A DNA stretch of 64,000 nucleotides from positions 15,077 to 79,076 of the forward strand of contig JBDKKJ010000009.1 of assembly GCA_039796155.1 (NCBI GenBank). The letters are read 5' to 3'. Every line of letters begins with the position of its first letter. The first letter of the stretch is position 1. Positions 18,386 through 46,771 of the stretch are shown one piece after another. The stretch comes from Candidatus Parcubacteria bacterium (GTDB lineage: Bacteria; Patescibacteriota; Minisyncoccia; Phycocordibacterales; UBA6065). The position numbers and the translations under genes are program-made. Under the pieces are notes generated by a model. It ran no database searches, was not told where the DNA came from, and saw nothing but the letters and a program-made list of their open reading frames with translations.

Positions 18386-18453
18386 GGTTTTGATTAGATT
18401 GTATACTATAGTATACCTCGCACTCGGTCCATACAAGTAGGAGGTTACCATAT

Positions 18454-18984
18454 ATGAAGACATTTTCTAAAGAGAACATTATCGCAATCACAATTGTCAC
18501 GTTCGTAGCAGTCATTTTTATACGCCAATTCGTCTTCGAAGGCTTTTTTGTGAGTGGTGATTCCATGGATCCCACGATACAGTCAGGGGACTTTGTACTT
18601 GTAAACAAGATGGCGTACCTCTGGAGTGAGCCACAGCGTGCAGATATCGTGGTAGCCGTTCCACGGGTCTACCCGGGCAAGGTGGTGAAGCGAATTATAG
18701 GCCTTCCAAGGGAATGGTTTTTGATAGAAAATAATCGCGTCGTGATCAAAAACTCTCGAACAGAAAAAAGCGTCAATCTTGACGAAGCCTATCTCGCATT
18801 TCCTGATACACCTGAGGTTGGGAAGGTTAGAACCAACATTGATCCCAACGAATATTTTGCACTCGGTGATAATCGTAAAGTAAGCATCGATTCTCGAGAA
18901 TTAGGCATGGTGGACCTGGGAAGTATTAAGGGAAGAGTGTTTGGAGTCATAAGTTTCAAAAGGGCTACATATATACGTTTCTAG
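18454..18984 (+). CDS. lepB: Signal peptidase I (S26)
   Basis: TM anchor, catalytic SGDSMDPT box, VKRIIGLP, GDNRKVSIDSR. Confidence 0.88.
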   Translation: MKTFSKENIIAITIVTFVAVIFIRQFVFEGFFVSGDSMDPTIQSGDFVLVNKMAYLWSEPQRADIVVAVPRVYPGKVVKRIIGLPREWFLIENNRVVIKNSRTEKSVNLDEAYLAFPDTPEVGKVRTNIDPNEYFALGDNRKVSIDSRELGMVDLGSIKGRVFGVISFKRATYIRF

Positions 18985-19083
18985 GAAATCAGGTTAGTTA
19001 AGGTTTATTAAGGTTTATAAATCTATAAAAATCTTTCACAAAGAGGATTAGGGTTCGGAAAAATTTCAATAAAGTTATGAAAA

Positions 19084-19125
19084 ACACCTCAGGTCAAATC
19101 GACACGTGAGGTGTTTTTCTTTTTC
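19084..19125 (+). terminator. Intrinsic terminator after lepB
   Basis: Stem acacctca (19084-19091) / tgaggtgt (19107-19114), followed by tttttcttttt. Confidence 0.6.
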
Positions 19126-19146
19126 TTGTACATAGTTTTTTGAATC

Positions 19147-19273
19147 TATCCGATACGACTTTTTTGATGTTATCCGATATTGAGTTGTCCCCAGAAAAAG
19201 ACCCTAAAAAATTGAGTCTCGTCCGTATAATGTCCTGGTCAGCTTTCGGGTACCCGATACGATGTATCGGATA
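19147..19273. promoter_or_regulatory. Four copies of a TAYCCGATAY motif plus a TATAAT box upstream of the giant ORF
   Basis: tatccgatac at 19147-19156, tatccgatat at 19171-19180, tacccgatac at 19251-19260, and inverted gtatcggata at 19264-19273. The last two form the palindrome ccgatac-gat-gtatcgg. TATAAT lies at 19226-19231. Confidence 0.35.
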
Positions 19274-19277
19274 CTAA

Positions 19278-40046
<20,769 letters not shown>

Positions 40047-40065
40047 TGATACTCAGCAGGAATAT

Positions 40066-40102
40066 TAAAAAACAGCGCCAACATGAGTGGTGCTGTTTTT
40101 TC
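40066..40102 (+). terminator. Intrinsic terminator after the giant ORF
   Basis: Stem aacagcgcca (40071-40080) / tggtgctgtt (40088-40097), followed by tttttt. Confidence 0.75.
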
Positions 40103-40164
40103 TTGAAAAAATACGTGGACAAAAAAAGAGTGTGGGTGTCGAGCGAAGTATGTCAGTACACCTT

Positions 40165-40200
40165 TCCTACTTTTGATCAAATTTTAATCAAAAGCAGGAA
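40165..40200. repeat. Palindromic element, copy 1 (core TTGATCAAATTTTAATCAA)
   Basis: tcctacttttgat-caaatttta-atcaaaagcagga. It is paralogous in position and core to 42426-42476. Confidence 0.6.
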
Positions 40201-40283
40201 GGATCACAAAGGGTACTAGGTGCCCCTAAGTCGCGTTCACACATATCCCCATTTTTATCTTTCCTTTATCTTTCCCTTTGGCA

Positions 40284-40292
40284 TGCGATAAT
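40284..40292 (+). promoter_or_regulatory. Extended -10 element TGcGATAAT, 8 nt upstream of the LamG-1 ATG
   Basis: The conserved string catgcgataata appears before both LamG genes (also 42537-42545, 8 nt before ATG 42554). There is no Shine-Dalgarno sequence in between. Confidence 0.45.
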
Positions 40293-40300
40293 AGGTATAT

Positions 40301-40381
40301 ATGAATATGAAGCAACGCATCCACGGCACTGTATTTTTCTGTACTTTATTACTTTCTACTCTCATGATGGGCTTTTTTTAA
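40301..40381 (+). CDS. LamG-1 segment 0: signal peptide ORF, cut off at a T7 run
   Basis: MNMKQRIHGTVFFCTLLLSTLMMGFF-stop. Adding one T at 40373-40379 joins it to ...LKADRVQAASTAKT of the 40393 ORF. Confidence 0.65.
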   Translation: MNMKQRIHGTVFFCTLLLSTLMMGFF

Positions 40382-40392
40382 AGGCTGACCGT

Positions 40393-41922
40393 GTGCAGGC
40401 TGCCAGTACAGCAAAAACAGTTACAAACAGCGGCCTTATGGGTTGGTGGTCTTTTGATGAAAACACAGGCACCATCGCTCATGATTTTTCTGGAAATGGA
40501 AATGACGGCACTCTCACCAATAGTCCTACATGGGTAAGAGGGAAACGTGGCGGGGCACTTTCCTTTAATGGATCAAATACGTATGTGGCAGGACCCTCAA
40601 TTTCAATCTCGAACACGATTACCGCTTCTGCCTGGGTATACTCTTCCAACTTTAACCAAAATGGTTTCGTGATTGGGAGAAATCCGGTAAACACGCAGTG
40701 GGAACTCTTTTTTGAGGCAACCGTACTCCGTTGGCGTGGTGGAGCTGCTGAGAATACCGTATTTTGTAATATACCCACAAATAATAAATGGCACCATATT
40801 GTGGGAACACAGACGGGTACGACAGGAACGCTCTATATTGACGGGGTGCAGTGCGGTACAGGAACAGTCACCGCTATTGGAAATGCCGCGGGTACAGTCG
40901 ACATTGGTCGCTTTGCAAGCGCGTATCACTTTAATGGTTTGATTGATGATGTGAGACTCTACAATCGTGTACTAACTGCCAGTGAAGTTGCTGCGCTGTA
41001 TCGTTCGGGTGAAGTGGTGAGGAAAAATGTATCAGCAAATGGTTTGGTGGGGCACTGGAGTTTAGATGAGGGAACTTCAACTATTGCACATGATTTTTCG
41101 GGTAATAGTAGAACAGGCACCCTCGCTAACTTTAGTACTCCTACATGGGTGAATGGAAAATTTGGGAAAGCTCTCACTTTTGATGGTGTTGATGATTCTG
41201 TAAATATAGGGAGTCTCGGTGCTTTTCCTGCACAGGGAACTATTTCTTTTTGGATGAATCCTGCTGTTGTTGAAAACTATCGTAATCCTTTTACCACAAA
41301 TCTAAATGGATTGAACGTAGGTATCCGTTTTGAAGAATATACTACAGTATCACCGTATGGTGGTTTTAGTGCTGTAGTTGGAAACGATGCGGGTACGTAT
41401 GCTGCTGCGTCCTATAGTCCGACGGCCGTTCTTCGACCTAATACGTGGTACAATGTTGTACTTTCGTGGGATACGGGTACAAATATACTCACCGGTTATT
41501 TAAACAATGTGCTCGCATTTAGTATTTCACATTCACTGTGGCCGACAACAATGCCAGCGGTAGCGATCGGTAACGGTTTCAACACAGCACGCTACTGGTC
41601 AGGAAAAATGGATGAAGTCAGAATATATAATAGAATTTTATCCGCCTCAGAAATTTCAACTCTCTACACTCAGGGTGCTATCACTATAAACTCATCTCAA
41701 AACACAAAGCTCACAAACGGTCTCATTGGCCTCTGGAGTTTCAATGGGGCGGATATGAACTGGACCAGCGCGAGTGCGGGTACTGCGTATGATAGGTCAG
41801 GACAACAAAATCATGGAACACTTGTAAATATGTCTCAATCGAGTTCTCCTGTCAGCGGGGTCGCAGGTCAGGGACTTGATTTTGATGGTGTTAATGACTA
41901 TATTTTTCGGCAAGCAATATAG
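40393..41922 (+). CDS. LamG-1 segment 1: concanavalin-A-like lectin/LamG repeat protein (domains 1, 2 and the start of 3)
   Basis: Repeated pattern GL.G.WSFDE.TGT.A.D.SGNGN.GTL......W..GK.G.AL.F.G.....DDVR.YNR.L...E..ALY, typical of Laminin_G_3. Confidence 0.8.
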   Translation: MQAASTAKTVTNSGLMGWWSFDENTGTIAHDFSGNGNDGTLTNSPTWVRGKRGGALSFNGSNTYVAGPSISISNTITASAWVYSSNFNQNGFVIGRNPVNTQWELFFEATVLRWRGGAAENTVFCNIPTNNKWHHIVGTQTGTTGTLYIDGVQCGTGTVTAIGNAAGTVDIGRFASAYHFNGLIDDVRLYNRVLTASEVAALYRSGEVVRKNVSANGLVGHWSLDEGTSTIAHDFSGNSRTGTLANFSTPTWVNGKFGKALTFDGVDDSVNIGSLGAFPAQGTISFWMNPAVVENYRNPFTTNLNGLNVGIRFEEYTTVSPYGGFSAVVGNDAGTYAAASYSPTAVLRPNTWYNVVLSWDTGTNILTGYLNNVLAFSISHSLWPTTMPAVAIGNGFNTARYWSGKMDEVRIYNRILSASEISTLYTQGAITINSSQNTKLTNGLIGLWSFNGADMNWTSASAGTAYDRSGQQNHGTLVNMSQSSSPVSGVAGQGLDFDGVNDYIFRQAI

Positions 41923-41948
41923 CATTTTCAGGCAATGCTGAATTTACG

Positions 41949-42374
41949 ATGTGTTCATGGATAAAGTGGAATGGTGCTTGGAGTAGTGATTATCCATCAT
42001 TTATGGGTAACAATAGTACCGGTGTGACAAATCAAGGTCTTTCTTTTACTGTTCGCGACGGTCGTCCTGCAATAGATTTTTGGGTAAATAGATTCAGGGC
42101 GGATAATGCTCTTTTGATTAATACGTGGTACCACGTTTGTGGAACAAAAACTCCTGGTCTTATTTCCGCAACATCAAAGTTATACGTGAATGGCGGACTG
42201 GTTACAGGTGCGGTTGAAGGTTCAGATACAACACCAAACATTACCGCGTCACCTGCTATACTTGGTCGACTCGATGCAACACGATGGTTTAAAGGGGTGG
42301 TTGATGAATCACGTTATTATAACCGCGCTCTCTCAGCCGCCGAAATAAAACAACTTTACCTCATGGGAAAATAG
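41949..42374 (+). CDS. LamG-1 segment 2: remainder of the third LamG domain
   Basis: The frame is open from 41898 (YFSASNIAFSGNAEFTMCSWIKWNG...VDESRYYNRALSAAEIKQLYLMGK). It joins segment 1 through the T5 run at 41903-41907. Confidence 0.8.
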   Translation: MCSWIKWNGAWSSDYPSFMGNNSTGVTNQGLSFTVRDGRPAIDFWVNRFRADNALLINTWYHVCGTKTPGLISATSKLYVNGGLVTGAVEGSDTTPNITASPAILGRLDATRWFKGVVDESRYYNRALSAAEIKQLYLMGK

Positions 42375-42425
42375 TAGATTGATGTGTACCTAAACTATCC
42401 CGTACAAGGAGGGATACATACCTCT

Positions 42426-42476
42426 GAGACCCCTCTGGTTTTTGATTAAATTTTAATCAAAAACCAGAGGGGTCTC
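42426..42476. repeat. Palindromic element, copy 2 (core TTGATTAAATTTTAATCAA)
   Basis: Near-perfect 51-nt palindrome gagacccctctggtttttgattaaa-t-tttaatcaaaaaccagaggggtctc. Confidence 0.7.
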
Positions 42477-42553
42477 AAGGCATACATACTAGCCTTGCCG
42501 CCATCGCTGCGCTCATTTTAATCTTTCCTTTAGACATGCGATAATAAACATAT

Positions 42554-43807
42554 ATGAAGCGGCAAAGCTATCTCGTGCATATTTTTTCTCTGTTCTCGGC
42601 TCTGTCTATGCCCGTATGTATGTTTGCATTTCTGTTTGTCGTCGCGCCAACCCCGATCCACGCCGCAATCACTCAAAAAGTTGCCACAACTACAGCCGGG
42701 CTCATAGGTTGGTGGACCCTGGATGAGGGTACGAGCACAACAGCAACTGATTTTTCCCAAAGTAGGAATGCGGGCGTCCTCCGAAACGGAGCGCTGTGGG
42801 CTACAGGTAAAAGGGGTAAAGCAATCAGTCTCGATGGTCTCAATGATTACGTTGAGATCCCTTCGTCAGCAGCACTGACCTATACGGGTGGGGATATCAC
42901 TTTCTCTGCATGGATAAACCCTAACAACACCGAGGCGGATGGGGGAACCATAATATCAAAGCCTTGGAACGGTAATGGTGAATATAATTATTATCTCACC
43001 TATGCGGGAAGCGGAGTTTTTAGCATAGCTCTCTATGGTGCAACTGCCTTTAGTTTTGCCACCACTCGAACTTTACCCCGTAATCAGTGGAGTTTTGTAA
43101 CAGTTACTATATCGAGCTCAAAAGTTATAAATATATATTTTAATGGAGTTTTGGCTGGAACAACGTCTCATGCAATTTCAAGCTGGGTACCACCGAGTGG
43201 AAACGGCTCTTTGCCCTTTAGTATTGGAACAGTATATCCCTATGGCGAAGGATGGGGTGGCAACACAAGTCACGCCTTTAATGGAAAAATCGACGATGTC
43301 CGTGTTTACAATCAAGCTCTGACAGCCAATGAAGTTTCAGCATTATACCGACTGGGAGAGACAGTACGAAAAGTGGCCGACAAGAAAGGTCTTGTGGGGT
43401 ATTGGCCTATGGATGAAGCTACTTCGACTACGGTAGGGGATTTTTCTGGCATGGGTTATAACGGTACTCTGAGTGGTTCTCCTGTACCCACATGGGTAAA
43501 TGGAAAAAAGGGTATGGCTCTTAGTTTTGATAATAATCGAAACTACGTAGAAACTAACCAAGTATCAGTTTTTAATATGGGAACGCAAAATTTTACACTT
43601 GCTGCATTTGTAAAAAAAATAATAATACAGCTCGTGTTATTTATGAAAAAAGAGGTAGTGGTTTATTGGGCTATCTTTTTGTTTTGGATTATCCATCGGC
43701 GGGCCAGGCAGCAGTCTTTCTCAATGATCCAATCGGAGGACAAGATGTTTACACTTTTTCTTCTCCAGGATCAATGCCTGTTGGCGCGTGGTTTCATGCG
43801 GCTGTAG
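42554..43807 (+). CDS. LamG-2 segment 1: secreted 3xLamG protein (signal peptide, domain 1, part of domain 2)
   Basis: Signal peptide MKRQSYLVHIFSLFSALSMPVCMFAFLFVVAPTPIHA, then LamG pattern. Real homology ends at the A8 run (43612-43619). The rest of the ORF is out-of-frame read-through. Confidence 0.8.
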   Translation: MKRQSYLVHIFSLFSALSMPVCMFAFLFVVAPTPIHAAITQKVATTTAGLIGWWTLDEGTSTTATDFSQSRNAGVLRNGALWATGKRGKAISLDGLNDYVEIPSSAALTYTGGDITFSAWINPNNTEADGGTIISKPWNGNGEYNYYLTYAGSGVFSIALYGATAFSFATTRTLPRNQWSFVTVTISSSKVINIYFNGVLAGTTSHAISSWVPPSGNGSLPFSIGTVYPYGEGWGGNTSHAFNGKIDDVRVYNQALTANEVSALYRLGETVRKVADKKGLVGYWPMDEATSTTVGDFSGMGYNGTLSGSPVPTWVNGKKGMALSFDNNRNYVETNQVSVFNMGTQNFTLAAFVKKIIIQLVLFMKKEVVVYWAIFLFWIIHRRARQQSFSMIQSEDKMFTLFLLQDQCLLARGFMRL

Positions 43808-44670
43808 GAGTTGACCGGGTAAACAACACCGCTACTTTTTATAATAATGGCATTGCTATGCAGACGGTGAGTATTGCCGGGACAACAGGGAGTATTGATA
43901 GCGACGGGACTTTAAAAATCGGTTATGACCTCGGCGGCTTTTCCTTTAATGGTTCAATGGATGATGCGCGAATATATTCTCGAGCTCTTTCAGGTGATGA
44001 GGTGGCAATCATCGCTAAATCAAATCAGACAAAAATAAATGCGCCTCAGGATACCAAGCTGACGGGCGGTTTGGTGGGGTACTGGACATTTAATGGTAAG
44101 GACATAAATGGTTCTACTGCTTCAGATGTGAGTGGTCAAAATAATCATGGCACATTTGCAAATACTCAAAATAGTATCGGAAAAGTCGGACAAGGAATGG
44201 TTTTTAATGGTGTGAGTAGTCTCATGACATTGTCTTCTTCGATCAGCATTGCTGGTGGCGCGTGGACGATTGCCTCATGGTTTAAATACCCGCTTGGCCC
44301 AAGTGGTAGCTGGAATACTCTCACACGAGGCGTCAGTGCTGATCACCAGGTAATCATTCAATCAGATGGTCAGTTGGGTACGTATGATAACGGAGGATTA
44401 GGATTTGTTTCAAGTGGTTACAATATGTCGACACTTGCACCAAATGCAGGTTGGCACCATCTCACAGCTGTCGGGTCTGGTTCGGTAACATCATTCTATA
44501 TTGATGGGGTGTTTGTCGGATCCTCTGCTTTTAAATCGTCGTCGCAAATATCGTATGTAGGAAACTATCAGGGTGGTGGACAGCAGTTTGGTACTATTGA
44601 TGAAGTTCGAGTATATACCAGGGCACTTTCTGCCGCCGAAGCAAAACAACTCTTTCTCATGGGTAAATAA
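43666..44670 (+). CDS. LamG-2 segment 2: rest of domain 2 and domain 3
   Basis: The frame reads KNNNTARVIYEKRGSGLLGYLFVLDYPSAGQ... from 43612 onward and ends IDEVRVYTRALSAAEAKQLFLMGK, parallel to the LamG-1 end. Confidence 0.8.
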   Translation: MGYLFVLDYPSAGQAAVFLNDPIGGQDVYTFSSPGSMPVGAWFHAAVGVDRVNNTATFYNNGIAMQTVSIAGTTGSIDSDGTLKIGYDLGGFSFNGSMDDARIYSRALSGDEVAIIAKSNQTKINAPQDTKLTGGLVGYWTFNGKDINGSTASDVSGQNNHGTFANTQNSIGKVGQGMVFNGVSSLMTLSSSISIAGGAWTIASWFKYPLGPSGSWNTLTRGVSADHQVIIQSDGQLGTYDNGGLGFVSSGYNMSTLAPNAGWHHLTAVGSGSVTSFYIDGVFVGSSAFKSSSQISYVGNYQGGGQQFGTIDEVRVYTRALSAAEAKQLFLMGK

Positions 44671-44679
44671 TGATATAAT
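44671..44679 (+). promoter_or_regulatory. Extended -10 promoter element TGaTATAAT upstream of gap
   Basis: Exact TGnTATAAT at 44671-44679. An 8-bp inverted repeat aatgtatc...gatacatt (44677-44704) sits between it and ATG 44705. Confidence 0.45.
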
Positions 44680-44704
44680 GTATCCATAAAAATATAGATA
44701 CATT

Positions 44705-45760
44705 ATGGCAACAAAAAAAATCAGAGTGGCTATTAACGGTTTCGGTCGCATCGGACGCGCGTTTTACAAGGCATCAAAAGGCAGAGAAGACGTTGAGGTT
44801 GTGGCAATAAACGACCTTGGAGATATCAAAAACATGGCGTATCTACTCAGATACGACACGGTCTACCGTGGAAGTGGTCTTGAGGTAAAGGTTAAAGAGG
44901 GTGACAAGCCAGTTCTCATTATTGATGGCAAAGAAGTTCTTTTCATCAGCCAGAAAGAACCAACACTTTTGCCATGGAAGGACCTCAATATTGATGTTGT
45001 TGTTGAATGTACCGGTCTCTTTACTACATACGAAAAAGCAAAGGTTCACTTGGTTGCCGGTGCAAAGCGTGTTGTTATTTCTGCTCCAGCTAAAGACGAT
45101 CCAACCGCAGAAAATCCTGGTATGACAGTGCTCATGGGTATTTCAAATGACCGTATTACAAAAGAAAGCGAATCTGCTCCTATTTCTTCAAACGCTTCAT
45201 GTACTACAAATGCAGGTAGTCCGCTCATCGCCATTCTCGACGAGACTATTGGTGTTGAAAAAGCACTTCTTAACACTGTTCACGGATACACAGCGAGCCA
45301 GGGAATTGTTGACGGTCCAAACAAGAAGGATTTCCGTGAAGGACGTGCCGGCGCAATGAACATTGTGCCTTCAACTACCGGTGCGGCCATTGCTGTAACC
45401 AAAGTATTGCCACAACTTCAGGGTAAATTCGACGGTATCTCTATTCGAGTTCCTGTTGTTGCAGGTTCAATCGTAGACATCACTTTCATTTCAAAGCGAC
45501 CAACTACTAAGGAAGAGGTTAATGAAATTCTAAAGAAGGCAGCTGGAACAGCGCGCTGGGAAGGAATATTTACTGTGACCGAAGAGGAGTTAGTTTCATC
45601 TGACATCATCGGAAATCCTCATGCTTCTATCGCTGATCTCAAGTTCACTCGCGTTGTGGGTGGAAATCTCGTAAAGGTTCTCGGCTGGTACGACAATGAA
45701 TGGGGTTATACAAATACTCTTGTTCGACATGTTGTTGAAGTGGGTGCGACAATTAAGTAA
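44705..45760 (+). CDS. gap: Glyceraldehyde-3-phosphate dehydrogenase, type I
   Basis: INGFGRIGR Rossmann motif, active-site SNASCTTN, WYDNEWGY near the C-terminus. Confidence 0.93.
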   Translation: MATKKIRVAINGFGRIGRAFYKASKGREDVEVVAINDLGDIKNMAYLLRYDTVYRGSGLEVKVKEGDKPVLIIDGKEVLFISQKEPTLLPWKDLNIDVVVECTGLFTTYEKAKVHLVAGAKRVVISAPAKDDPTAENPGMTVLMGISNDRITKESESAPISSNASCTTNAGSPLIAILDETIGVEKALLNTVHGYTASQGIVDGPNKKDFREGRAGAMNIVPSTTGAAIAVTKVLPQLQGKFDGISIRVPVVAGSIVDITFISKRPTTKEEVNEILKKAAGTARWEGIFTVTEEELVSSDIIGNPHASIADLKFTRVVGGNLVKVLGWYDNEWGYTNTLVRHVVEVGATIK

Positions 45761-45768
45761 AGATCAAC

Positions 45769-46278
45769 GTGTTCATCCGAGGTCACGAAAAAGGATTCAC
45801 ACTCATAGAACTTCTCGTGGTGATTTCAATCATCTCACTTTTGTCGAGCATTGTTTTGGCTTCTCTCAATAGCGCACGACAAAAGGGCCGCAACGCACAG
45901 AGGTTGAGCGACATGGCTCAAATTAAGAATGCGTTAGAACTTTATTATAACGACTATGGAAACTACCCCGTAGTAACAAACGGTGTAGACACAAGTTGGC
46001 GCAGCGAATGCGCATCGTGGGGAGCATTAGCGAATAACGCTGTGATACCAGGGTTTGTTCCCACCTATATAAAGGTGCTTCCAAAGGATCCGATTATGGT
46101 GCCAGCAAATAGTGACTCGTGCTATATCTATCGCTCTGATGGCGCTGGCTTTGCTTTTCTTATGCATGACAACTCACCGCCGTGGAGTGATGGGGCGATT
46201 CCTGTTAAGTATGCTGACCCCACCAGACCAACACATGCTTGGAAGCTCTGCTACGGAACTACTCAGTGTGCGTGGTAA
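45769..46278 (+). CDS. Prepilin-type N-terminal cleavage/methylation domain protein (type IV pilin / pseudopilin)
   Basis: Leader MFIRGHEKG followed by FTLIELLVVISIISLLSSIVLASL (class III signal). Small Cys-containing globular domain. It starts 8 nt after the gap stop. Confidence 0.8.
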   Translation: MFIRGHEKGFTLIELLVVISIISLLSSIVLASLNSARQKGRNAQRLSDMAQIKNALELYYNDYGNYPVVTNGVDTSWRSECASWGALANNAVIPGFVPTYIKVLPKDPIMVPANSDSCYIYRSDGAGFAFLMHDNSPPWSDGAIPVKYADPTRPTHAWKLCYGTTQCAW

Positions 46279-46310
46279 TAAATTGTCCATAATTTAGGTA
46301 TAATAGACCT

Positions 46311-46766
46311 ATGAAAATTTATATAGCCTCTGATCATGCTGGTTTTGAACTTAAGAGCTTTCTTGTAGAGAGAATTTCTTTGGCGGGTCACGAAATTAAG
46401 GATTTGGGGCCAAAGACATTTGAACCGGAGGATGATTATCCAGATTATATTTCTCTGGTAGCAAAAGAAATCGCACGTGACCCTTCAGCGGCAAAAGGAA
46501 TTGTGATTGGGGGTTCTGGTCAAGGAGAAGCTATTTGCGCTAATAAATTCTACGGTGTCCGTGCGGCGCTTTATTACGGTGGTAACATGGATATTGTAAA
46601 ACTCTCACGCGAACACAATGATGCAAACGTGCTTTCGCTCGGTGCGAGGTTTGTCTCAACTACAGAGGCGATGAATGCGGTAAACATATGGCTCTCAACA
46701 CCGTTTTCAGGTGATGAACGACACAAGCGACGTCTTCTTAAACTCTTTAATATTAAACACGTATAA
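46311..46766 (+). CDS. rpiB: Ribose-5-phosphate isomerase B
   Basis: MKIYIASDHAGFELK..., GIVIGGSGQGEAICANK, ANVLSLGARF. Confidence 0.88.
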   Translation: MKIYIASDHAGFELKSFLVERISLAGHEIKDLGPKTFEPEDDYPDYISLVAKEIARDPSAAKGIVIGGSGQGEAICANKFYGVRAALYYGGNMDIVKLSREHNDANVLSLGARFVSTTEAMNAVNIWLSTPFSGDERHKRRLLKLFNIKHV

Positions 46767-46771
46767 CTGTC

